A stretch of DNA of 64,000 bases, from NCBI GenBank assembly GCA_949283655.1, contig CASDTH010000045.1, positions 12,228 through 76,227 of the forward strand. The letters are read 5' to 3'. This document shows, piece by piece, positions 9,727 through 17,488 of this stretch (positions are counted from its first letter, which is position 1; each line of letters begins with the position of its first letter). Under the pieces are notes generated by a model, which worked only from the letters and a program-made list of their open reading frames with translations, had not been told where the DNA came from and did not search any database. The DNA is from an uncultured bacterium. GTDB taxonomy: Bacteria; Bacillota; Clostridia; Oscillospirales; Acutalibacteraceae. Both the position numbers and the translations under genes were made by a program.

Positions 9727-10683
9727 ATGATGAATTCAGAGAATAGAAAGGTTGTGCTCATCGGCACCGGCATGGTGGGGATGAGCTATGCCTATGCGCT
9801 GCTCAACCAGAATGTCTGCGACGAATTGGTGCTGATCGATGTGGACCGCAGGCGTGCGGAAGGCGAGGCAATGGATTTAAACCATGGCCTTGCGTTTTCC
9901 GGCTCCAACATGAAAATTTATGCCGGGAGTTACGAGGATTGCGGCGATGCGGATATCGTAACAATCTGCGCGGGCGTTGCCCAGAAGCCGGGAGAATCCC
10001 GGCTGGATCTGCTGCAACGGAATACGGCTGTTTTTAAATCGATTATCGACCCAGTTACGGAATCCGGCTTTAACGGCATCTTCCTGGTGGCGACCAACCC
10101 TGTGGATATCATGACGCGGATCACCGCCGTGCTCTCCGGCTTTAACCCGCGCCGCGTGCTGGGCACGGGCACTGCATTGGATACTGCCCGGCTGCGGTAT
10201 CTGCTCGGCGAATATTTCCACGTGGATCCGCGCAACATGCACGCCTATGTGATGGGCGAGCATGGTGATAGTGAGTTTGTGCCATGGTCCCAGGCGATGC
10301 TGGCCACGAAGCCGATCCTCTCCATCTGCGAGGAATCCAATGGCCGCTATTGCTGCGAGGAGATGGAGAAGATCACAGAGGAGGTGCGCGGCGCGGCGCA
10401 GAAGATCATCGAGGCCAAGCGGGCTACCTATTACGGCATCGGGATGGCGCTTGTCCGCATTACGCGCGCCATCTTCGGCAACGAAAACAGCGTGCTGACC
10501 GTGTCCGCTATGATGCGCGGCGAATATGGAGAGACGGGCGTATTTGTGGGCGCTCCCTGCATCGTTAACCGCAACGGCATTCAGCGGATTTTGCAGCTCA
10601 GCCTCAACGAAGAGGAGGCGGCCAAGTTTAAAGCCTCCTGCGAAACGCTGCGCACGCATTTTGACGAGCTGGGGCTGCAATAA
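9727..10683 (+). CDS. ldh: L-lactate dehydrogenase
   Basis: KVVLIGTGMVGMSYAYAL Rossmann fold, the GEHGDSEF motif, and a catalytic His context. The track ORF begins at GTG 9721, but ATG 9727 or 9730 is more likely. Confidence 0.9.
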   Translation: MMNSENRKVVLIGTGMVGMSYAYALLNQNVCDELVLIDVDRRRAEGEAMDLNHGLAFSGSNMKIYAGSYEDCGDADIVTICAGVAQKPGESRLDLLQRNTAVFKSIIDPVTESGFNGIFLVATNPVDIMTRITAVLSGFNPRRVLGTGTALDTARLRYLLGEYFHVDPRNMHAYVMGEHGDSEFVPWSQAMLATKPILSICEESNGRYCCEEMEKITEEVRGAAQKIIEAKRATYYGIGMALVRITRAIFGNENSVLTVSAMMRGEYGETGVFVGAPCIVNRNGIQRILQLSLNEEEAAKFKASCETLRTHFDELGLQ

Positions 10684-10692
10684 AAATGGCAC

Positions 10693-10725
10693 GAGCGGGG
10701 CTGGGCAGCCCTGCTCTTTTGTTTT
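10693..10725 (+). terminator. Rho-independent terminator of ldh
   Basis: GAGCGGGGCTG..CAGCCCTGCTC hairpin followed by TTTTGTTTT. Confidence 0.7.
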
Positions 10726-10771
10726 AAAAGACTAGAAGGGATGGGGTAAAAAGCAGTTACCGTAAGGCTCT

Positions 10772-10880
10772 GAAAACGGGCAACCAGTTCTCGGCGCTTT
10801 TGATCAGGCAAAAAGCACGGCCCTGATCCGCAGCGCAATTGAGCAGGGCATCAATTATTTTGACACAGCCTGTGTTTCGG
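10772..10880 (+). pseudogene. Possible remnant of an aldo/keto reductase N-terminus
   Basis: A short frame reads ENGQPVLGAFDQAKSTALIRSAIEQGINYFDTA, which contains the AKR-type GINYFDTA motif. It is bounded by stops, has no start, and diverges immediately after the motif. Confidence 0.35.
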
Positions 10881-10920
10881 ATTTCATTTCCGCTACTTTT
10901 ACCATTGAGCCAATATAAAT

Positions 10921-10990
10921 CCGCGCATAGCGCTAAGCGTATGAGCCCAATGTGGCCATGCGTTCAGCGCTATGCGCGGGTTTGTTTGTA
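10921..10990 (+). terminator. Strong 14-bp stem hairpin with a T-rich tail
   Basis: CCGCGCATAGCGCT (10921-10934) pairs with AGCGCTATGCGCGG (10966-10979), followed by GTTTGTTTGT. It lies between the gene remnant and the stop of the convergent XRE gene. Confidence 0.5.
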
Positions 10991-11010
10991 TGGGTTGGGG
11001 AGAGGCACTT

Positions 11011-11334
11011 TCACTCGTTTTTCAGCATTGGCAGGATCAGTGCCAGCAGATCTGCCAGCAGCTCCCGTGTGCGCGGGCTGATATCACGTGTCAACGCCGC
11101 TAGGCGGTCAATTTCCTGAGAAACGCGCACATCGCCAAAGAGAAGGCTGTCCGTAGAAACATGCAGCGTCTGCGCGATCTGCATCAAAACCGGCACGGAC
11201 ATGGACTTTATGCCACGCTCCAGTTCATAGATATAATGTGCGCTGACGTCGAGCCGTTCTGCGAGCGCCTCCTGCGTCAGCCCATTTTTTTTTCGCTCCG
11301 CCTTGATGCGTTTCCCGATGGCGACCAAATCCAA
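11011..11334 (-). CDS. XRE family HTH transcriptional regulator
   Basis: 107 aa with the GLTQEALAERLDVSAHYIYELERGIKSMSVPVLMQIAQTL helix-turn-helix. Confidence 0.85.
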   Translation of the reverse strand: MDLVAIGKRIKAERKKNGLTQEALAERLDVSAHYIYELERGIKSMSVPVLMQIAQTLHVSTDSLLFGDVRVSQEIDRLAALTRDISPRTRELLADLLALILPMLKNE

Positions 11335-11463
11335 TGCTCACACCTCCTCTGTTAGGATATATCCATTTGATATGGCTTAACACTATCTAAAAGATATATT
11401 TACTATTGCAATTAGATAGAGTTGATGGTATAATGCTTTTATCAAAACCGGGAGGGGAAAAAC

Positions 11464-13182
11464 GTGGCGGCACAGGATATAAAAGCGGCCAAAACCAAAG
11501 CAGGATCAACTGTTTTGGAGGTTTTTCTCGCTACCACACCGTTTGTTTTCGGGCTGTATTATGAATATAGCGCCTGCTTTGCAGCAGTGCTTTTGCTGGG
11601 GCTGTTACTCTATCTGATAGCTATAGATCGCTCGCTGGAAGTCCGTGTGGGCGCAACCTCCGCCGCCCTGCTGGCTTTGCTCGCGGGCTACCTTGTCACC
11701 CCGCTCTGGGCAGTGGATAGCGGCATGGCTCTGCTCGGTTTTTTCAAGTTCTTACCCGCCGCCCTGTTTTGGCAGCTGCTCATGCAGCTCGGCCCGGAGG
11801 AGCGGGAAAAGCTCTTGCTCACCGTGCCGGTATCCGGCGCTGTGATGACGCTGCTCTCCTTTCCCACGCGGTGGATTCCGGCCCTTACACCCTATTTCTA
11901 TGCCTCCGGCAGGCTGGGCGGCTTTTTTCAATATTCCAACACGTTCGCCCTCTTCCTGCTGCTGGGGATTATCGTCCTCGCTTTTCAAAAACGGCGGCGA
12001 GCGTTTTGCCTGGCCGGGATTCTCGTGCTGCTCTTCGGTATTTTCGCCACCGGCAGCCGCACGGTTTTTGTGCTGACCGTTCTTGCTTTCCTCTGGATTT
12101 GTCTGGCGCGCAAGCGGCTGCGTCTCCCGCTGCTTATTATGCTCCTTGCGGGGGTTACGGGCGCGCTCCTCTTCGTCGCCGTCACCGGCAAGACGGATAC
12201 CATCGGCCGCTTTTTGACCATTTCACTCGAATCCAGCACGCTGCTCGGCCGGCTGCTCTATTACCGGGATGTGCTGCCCGTTATCCTGACGCACCCCTTT
12301 GGCTTGGGCTATATGGGATATTATTATGCCCAGGGCGGGTTCCAAACCGGCGTTTACGTTACAAAATTCGTCCACAACGAGCTATTGCAGTTCGCTGTGG
12401 ACGTGGGGTGGATTCCGGCTCTCCTGCTCGCGTGTGCGCTGCTGCAGCGGCTTTTTTCCAAACGGACGCCCACCATGCAGCGGATGCTGGTGTTCGCCAT
12501 CTGTGCGCACGCCATGCTGGATTTTGATTTGCAGTTTCTCGCTGTTTTTTTCGTGCTGCTGTTGGCGCTGGAGCCAGAGGAGGGGCGGGCTTTCACGCGC
12601 GCCTACAAGCGCCGCAGCCGCCTGCTCCCCATCGCCCCGGCAGGTGCACTCGCCGTGGCGTGCCTCTATTGCGGCGCGGCACTGTTTGCCGGATACCTTG
12701 GGCAGGATGCGCTGGCCTCCCGGCTCTACCCCGGTTACACGCCCTCGCAGCTGGTGCTGCTCGCCGGGGCCCGCACGCCGCGGGAGGGGGAAGCGCGCGC
12801 GAATGCGATTTTAAGGCGCAATGAATCGGTCGCCCTGGTGTGGGATGCAAAGGCGCTGGTGTGCGCCACGCAGGGCGATTTTGAAACGATGGTGCAATAT
12901 AAGCGGCAGGCGCTTGCCTGCGCGCGCTATGCGCTGCCGGAATATCTCGATTATTTTCAGCTGCTGCGCCGGGCGGCTGAGGCCTGCGAGCGGCAGGGGG
13001 ATGCGGCGCGTGCCGCGCTCTGCCGCCAGCGGATGTTAGAAATTCCGGATTTGCTGGATGAGGTGCGCGCCATTACCAGCCCGCTGGCCTGGAAAATTCA
13101 GGATCAGCCGGAGCTGACCCTGCCGGAGGAATACCAGGAGGAGCTCGCCAGAATCGGGCGGCAAGCGCCCGATTCTGAATAG
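11464..13182 (+). CDS. O-antigen ligase/Wzy_C-like polytopic membrane protein with a soluble C-terminal helical-repeat region
   Basis: 572 aa with many TM segments. FATGSRTVFVLTVLAF and HNELLQFAVDVGW resemble the Wzy_C core. GTG start after GGGAGGGG. Confidence 0.7.
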   Translation: MAAQDIKAAKTKAGSTVLEVFLATTPFVFGLYYEYSACFAAVLLLGLLLYLIAIDRSLEVRVGATSAALLALLAGYLVTPLWAVDSGMALLGFFKFLPAALFWQLLMQLGPEEREKLLLTVPVSGAVMTLLSFPTRWIPALTPYFYASGRLGGFFQYSNTFALFLLLGIIVLAFQKRRRAFCLAGILVLLFGIFATGSRTVFVLTVLAFLWICLARKRLRLPLLIMLLAGVTGALLFVAVTGKTDTIGRFLTISLESSTLLGRLLYYRDVLPVILTHPFGLGYMGYYYAQGGFQTGVYVTKFVHNELLQFAVDVGWIPALLLACALLQRLFSKRTPTMQRMLVFAICAHAMLDFDLQFLAVFFVLLLALEPEEGRAFTRAYKRRSRLLPIAPAGALAVACLYCGAALFAGYLGQDALASRLYPGYTPSQLVLLAGARTPREGEARANAILRRNESVALVWDAKALVCATQGDFETMVQYKRQALACARYALPEYLDYFQLLRRAAEACERQGDAARAALCRQRMLEIPDLLDEVRAITSPLAWKIQDQPELTLPEEYQEELARIGRQAPDSE

Positions 13183-13218
13183 AAACAGGCAAATTTCCCA
13201 GCCCGTAGGGGATTGGGC

Positions 13219-13238
13219 GGTCGGGTCTTGACCCGACC
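13219..13238. repeat. 20-nt palindrome, module H (GGTCGGGTC TT GACCCGACC)
   Basis: Perfect 9-bp arms. Same architecture as the palindromes at 48138, 53405 and 53747. Confidence 0.8.
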
Positions 13239-13520
13239 GGAACATACTGTCATTTTCATTTGTGGCGCGGCCATGAGATTTTATTTATTTTTGAATGACT
13301 GACAGGTTTCGCTGTACGCGACTATCTTCTCTTACTTCTGTAAGAGAAGATAGGAAGAGAAGCAGCCAAGGGGTTTCACCCCTTGCCCCCGCGCACGGCC
13401 AGCGGCGACACTGAGATGTTTTTATACCTCTTTTAGGTGTTCGGCAAGCCACCCAAAAAACTCGCTGCCACACGGCAGCACAAACATTTTGGGCGTTTGC
13501 TTTTCGCCTGAAAGGCGAAA
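13236..13520 (-). repeat. Inverted, more degenerate copy of the B-type repeat unit (left arm of the 13.2-13.9 kb palindrome)
   Basis: 13256-13407 is the reverse complement of the B-unit tail seen at 48378-48520 and 13836-13918 (CATTTGTGG.GCGGCCATGAGATTTTATTT, CTGTACGCGAC, hairpin 13322-13353, AGAGAAGCAGCC). 13440-13521 is a weaker inverse of the B core. Confidence 0.75.
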
Positions 13521-13521
13521 A

Positions 13522-13627
13522 GTCCCCTCACGGGCCCGCCGCAAGTGCGCGGAGCCTGCCGCCGCTGGCCTACTGGTAGAGGGTTCCTCAAAGCAAGACT
13601 GAAGACCCCGTCAGGTTTCTCCCGGAG
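13522..13627 (+). repeat. Repeat module A, copy 1
   Basis: GTCCCCTCACGGGCCCGCCG..GCCTGCCGCCGCTGGCCTACTG..GGTTTCTCCCGGAG, shared with 48031-48129 and 48754-48870. Confidence 0.8.
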
Positions 13628-13628
13628 C

Positions 13629-13921
13629 CCGCAAGCCGTTCAGGGTCTCAAACGTAACGATAGGCCCAGGCGGCAGCTGCTGTCATTCACTGCGTGCACG
13701 TGAGGGCATTTGCTCGCTTTGCGGGCAAACGAACCTTCCCGCCTGTTTGAAGCCGCGTGAGCGGCTGAGTTCGGGAAGCGTTCGCCGAACGCGTTGTGGT
13801 GTAGCAAATTGATATACCGCCGCCGCAGTGCCGTTCACGGGGTCGAGGGGCGAAGCACCCGGCTGCTTCTCTTGGTTCGTTCTCTTGCTTCTGCAAGAGA
13901 ACCAGCATCGGCGTACAGGCC
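13629..13921 (+). repeat. Repeat module B, copy 1 (core 13629-13836 plus tail)
   Basis: Near-identical to 48170-48378 and 53437-53648 over the blocks ATAGGCCCAGGCGGC, CGTGAGGG, CGAACCTTCCCGCCTGTTTGA, GAGTTCGGGAAGCGTTCGCCGAACGCGTTGTGGTGT and ACCGCCGCCGCAGTGCCGTTC. Confidence 0.85.
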
Positions 13922-16423
13922 CTATTCAAAAAAACGCGCTGCCTCCGCTCCGTCTCCTTCGCGTGCCTGCGCCACAGGAGGAACTGCCTGCACAATCAGA
14001 AATGCTCCATCCTGCACTGTGCAGGCATATTCTCCCCCCTCCTCCAACCTGCCGCTGAGCAGCTCTTCACTGAGCAGGTCCTCAATTTGGCTCTGCACCG
14101 CCCGGCGCAGCGGCCGGGCGCCATATGTCTGGTCAAATCCCGCGTCCGCAATCCGGCGCAGCGCTTCTTCGCTGAAGGTGAGCGTAATCCCTTTTTCCAA
14201 AAGTCTCCGCGAAACGTTGGCAAGCATCCGCCGGGCGATCTCCTCAAGCTCCGCCCGGGCCAGCTGGCGGAACACAATGATGTCATCCACACGGTTGAGG
14301 AATTCCGGCCGGAAGGTGCGCTTAAGCTCATCCATCACCGCTGTGTGGATTCGCTTTTCCTCCCCTTGCGCGCCGGTATCTCCTGAAAAGCCCAGTCCAC
14401 TTCTCCGGTTGGAGATCATGGTGGCGCCAACGTTAGAGGTCATGATGAGAATGCAGTTTTGAAAGCTCACCTTCCTCCCCTGAGAATCCGTCAGGCGGCC
14501 GTCCTCCAGAATTTGCAGCAGCATATTGAATACATCCGGGTGCGCCTTTTCAATCTCATCAAACAGCACCACGGAATACGGCCTTTTGCGCACCCTTTGC
14601 GTGAGCTGCCCCCCCTCCTCATAGCCGACGTATCCGGGCGGGGAGCCAACCATGCGGGAGACGGTGTGCTTTTCCATATATTCCGACATATCCAGCCGGA
14701 TCATCGCGTTCACATCCCCAAACATTGCCTGTGCCAGCGCCTTGCTCAGCGCTGTTTTGCCCACGCCCGTCGGCCCAAGAAATAAAAAGGAGCCGAGCGG
14801 CCGCTCCGGATCCCGCAGGCCAACACGGGCACGGCGCATTGCGCGGGCCACTGCGCGGACGGCCTCCTCCTGCCCGACAATGCTCTGATGAAGCTCCTCC
14901 TCCAGGTGGAGCAGCCGCCGGCTCTCCTCTGCCGTGAGCTGCTGCACCGGGATCCCTGTCCACATGGATACAATCTCCGCAACGCCCTCCTCGGTGACTG
15001 CTCCCGCCGTGTGGGAGGAGCGTTCCTGCCAGGCGCTTTTGTCCCGTGAGAGATCTGCCCGCAACTGCTTCTCTTCATCCCGCAGGCTGGCCGCCCGTTC
15101 AAATTCCTGGGCGTTAACCGCCGCCTCCTTTTCGGTTTGCAGCGTTTCCAGCCGGTTTTCCAGCTGCTTGAGATCAGGCGGCTCCTTATAAGCCTGCATC
15201 CGCACATGGGAGGCAGCTTCGTCAATTAAATCGATTGCCTTATCCGGCAGAAAGCGGTCGGCAATATAGCGGGCCGACAGCCTCACTGCAGCCTGGATCG
15301 CCTCATCGGTAATGCGCACCCTATGATGCGCCTCATATTTATCCCGAAGGCCTTTGAGGATTTCCACCGCTTCCTCCTGCGAGGGCTCGGCCACATGGAC
15401 CGGCTGAAACCGGCGCTCCAATGCGGCATCCTTTTCAATATGCCTACGGTATTCCTCCAGGGTCGTCGCGCCGATCATCTGGATTTCCCCTCGTGCCAGC
15501 GTAGGCTTAAGGATATTGGCGGCGTCAACCGCGCCCTCCGCCGCGCCTGCCCCTATAAGATTATGCACCTCATCAATAAACAGAATCACATCCCCCGCTT
15601 TGCGCACCTCCTCCAGCGCGGTTTTCACCCGCTCTTCAAAATCGCCCCGGTATTTGGTGCCCGCCACCATAGCGGTCAGGTCGAGCGAGACCAGCCGCTT
15701 ATCCCGCAGCCCTTCGGCAACATCCCCCTTGGCAATTTGGAGTGCCAGGCCCTCTGCCACAGCGGTTTTGCCAACGCCTGGCTCGCCGGTCAGGCAGGGG
15801 TTGTTTTTTGTGCGCCGGCTGAGAATTTGCATCACGCGCTCAATCTCCTTCTCTCGGCCAATCACAGGGTCAATCAGGTTCTGCGCCGCGAGCAGCGTAA
15901 GATCTCTGCCGTATTGGTCAAGCGTCGGGGTGTTGCTTTTATTTTTCCGGGTTGTTTTCTGTGCTGCCGAAGCCCCAGAAAGCCCTCCGCCCATGGAACG
16001 GGTCAGGTCAGCGAGCACATCCTGTGGAGAAACGCCCAGCTGAGTCAAAAAGTGAATTGCAAAGCTTCCACCCTCCTCGATAATTGCGATCAGTAGGTGT
16101 TCTGTCCCCACGTAGCTGTGCCCGAGCCCGCGCGCCTCCAAGATAGCCATTTCAATAATACGCTTGCAGCGGGGCGTAAAATCCGCCGGCGATAAAACCG
16201 TTTGTGCGCCAACGCCGATGGTGTGCCGCATGAGCTCTTCTACCTGCGCAGCGGTCACGCCGCGGCCGGCCAGCGCTACGCACGCCACGCCGCCCGTATC
16301 CCGTAGCAAGCCAATCAGAAGGTGCTCGCTGCCGATATAGGTGTGCCCAAGGGCCTCCGCCGTCTCCACAGCGGTGTTGAGCGCTGTATTCGCCTTTTCG
16401 GTAAAGCCGGTAAATTTATACAC
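13922..16423 (-). CDS. clpC: ATP-dependent Clp protease ATP-binding subunit ClpC
   Basis: 833 aa. Clp_N repeats (GHTYIGSEHLLIGLL / GHSYVGTEHLLIAII), two Walker A sites (GEPGVGKTA, GPTGVGKT), and a UVR-like FERAASLRDEE. GTG start after GGGGAG. Confidence 0.95.
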   Translation of the reverse strand: MYKFTGFTEKANTALNTAVETAEALGHTYIGSEHLLIGLLRDTGGVACVALAGRGVTAAQVEELMRHTIGVGAQTVLSPADFTPRCKRIIEMAILEARGLGHSYVGTEHLLIAIIEEGGSFAIHFLTQLGVSPQDVLADLTRSMGGGLSGASAAQKTTRKNKSNTPTLDQYGRDLTLLAAQNLIDPVIGREKEIERVMQILSRRTKNNPCLTGEPGVGKTAVAEGLALQIAKGDVAEGLRDKRLVSLDLTAMVAGTKYRGDFEERVKTALEEVRKAGDVILFIDEVHNLIGAGAAEGAVDAANILKPTLARGEIQMIGATTLEEYRRHIEKDAALERRFQPVHVAEPSQEEAVEILKGLRDKYEAHHRVRITDEAIQAAVRLSARYIADRFLPDKAIDLIDEAASHVRMQAYKEPPDLKQLENRLETLQTEKEAAVNAQEFERAASLRDEEKQLRADLSRDKSAWQERSSHTAGAVTEEGVAEIVSMWTGIPVQQLTAEESRRLLHLEEELHQSIVGQEEAVRAVARAMRRARVGLRDPERPLGSFLFLGPTGVGKTALSKALAQAMFGDVNAMIRLDMSEYMEKHTVSRMVGSPPGYVGYEEGGQLTQRVRKRPYSVVLFDEIEKAHPDVFNMLLQILEDGRLTDSQGRKVSFQNCILIMTSNVGATMISNRRSGLGFSGDTGAQGEEKRIHTAVMDELKRTFRPEFLNRVDDIIVFRQLARAELEEIARRMLANVSRRLLEKGITLTFSEEALRRIADAGFDQTYGARPLRRAVQSQIEDLLSEELLSGRLEEGGEYACTVQDGAFLIVQAVPPVAQAREGDGAEAARFFE

Positions 16424-16572
16424 AGGCTGTTCTCCCCTTCCTTTGGTAAATCGCTTCTGAAGGCGCAGCGCACAGAGGTCTCATTGGGGCTCGGCGCCCT
16501 GGCTGCATTGATTCGCTCCGTCCTGAAGCGTCCGCCTTCTGGCCGCGAGGCGCCATCACCGTGCCGCCTCTG

Positions 16573-16776
16573 TCACTCTTTTTCCCGCGCAGCGGTTTTT
16601 CCTGTTTCAAAATGAGCCGCTGCACGGCGCCTCTTTTTTAAGCGCATCGCCTGCGCAGAGGCTCGCCCCTTGTGTGGAAGTGTCCGCACAGGCTCCTCGG
16701 AAAACGGATCGGGGGTCAGCTCCTCGGCTATTTCAAACTCCTCCCGGTAGGGCTGCTTTCCGCCAAAGCTCTCCAT
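16573..16776 (-). CDS. Hypothetical small protein upstream of clpC
   Basis: ATG 16776 (MESFGGKQPYREEF..) is preceded by GGGAGGA. The protein has an acidic N-terminal half and a basic C-terminal half, with no recognisable family. Confidence 0.3.
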   Translation of the reverse strand: MESFGGKQPYREEFEIAEELTPDPFSEEPVRTLPHKGRASAQAMRLKKRRRAAAHFETGKTAAREKE

Positions 16777-16924
16777 GTCGCAATTCCTCCCCAATAACAT
16801 CTGAATGCAACCAATAGTGTATGCCGTTTCGCCAGGTCATATTCAAAAGAGGCCTTTGCCAGAGTCACACATTCCGGGCGTTCACATATTATGGGAGTGT
16901 AACCAAGGAAAGGAGGAAGCTTAG

Positions 16925-17086
16925 ATGAACTGCTTTGGTGGCTGCAATTCCTGGATCATCATTTTGATCCTCATCTGCCTGTTCTGCAACGACGGCTTTG
17001 GCCTGAGCACCACTAACAACGGCTGTGGCTGTGGCTGCGGCACGTCTTATAGTGGGCGCGGCGGCTGTGGCTGCGGCTGCGACTAA
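16925..17086 (+). CDS. 53-aa Cys/Gly-rich small membrane peptide (below the ORF track cutoff)
   Basis: AGGAGG (16911-16916) lies 8 nt before ATG 16925. Translation is MNCFGGCNSWIIILILICLFCNDGFGLSTTNNGCGCGCGTSYSGRGGCGCGCD, stop TAA 17084-17086, followed by GC-rich hairpins. Confidence 0.55.
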   Translation: MNCFGGCNSWIIILILICLFCNDGFGLSTTNNGCGCGCGTSYSGRGGCGCGCD

Positions 17087-17488
17087 TCCCTTCGCTCCAG
17101 GCAAGCGCTGCTTCTTGCGGCGCTTGCCACCCCCTCGGGCGGGAAAGCGCCCGCCCTTCCATAAAAAATTCGCCATGAAGGCTCATCGCTTTCCTGGCGG
17201 ACTTTTTCATCACTTTTTATGTGGAGGAAAACGATCTTTTTTCTTGTATAACCGCATATATCCTGCTATACTAGCATCAGTGTGCAGGGGGTAAGCATCG
17301 GTTTTTATCCCATGGCTGCGCTTCTGGTTGCGTTATCCGCCTTGCTTGACGCCCCAGCCGAGCCGAGGATGTAGTCAGCATATATCCAGGCACGCTCTGG
17401 CGGAAATACCCTCCCTGCGCACAGATGCTTTATTTGATTTATTAGCGCCGGCATAACGGCGCTGCGGTCAGCAGAAAGGAGAGGGCCC

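Noticed and set aside
13687-13995. 102-aa minus-strand ORF whose product (..TTTRSANASRTQPLTRLQTGGKVR..) is almost identical to part of the ORF at 53373-53666
   Set aside because: The similarity comes from the nucleotide repeat (B core). In the third copy (48170-48378) the same frame hits a stop (..RLPA*), and the track ORFs there use other frames. There is no RBS, and the stretch is hairpin-rich, so this is a repeat artefact rather than a gene family.
16925-17086. Idea that the Cys-rich peptide is a SCIFF/ranthipeptide-type RiPP precursor
   Set aside because: There is no radical-SAM maturase or other tailoring, export or protease gene nearby. The peptide has a central TM helix and lacks the SCIFF-type C-terminal motif as I remember it. 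I kept it only as a generic Cys-rich micropeptide.
16889-17176. 95-aa minus-strand ORF overlapping the Cys/Gly-rich micropeptide
   Set aside because: It has no Shine-Dalgarno, and its Ala/Arg/Lys-rich low-complexity product is the mirror of the GC(N) codon repeats. The plus-strand 53-aa ORF has a consensus AGGAGG at the correct spacing.
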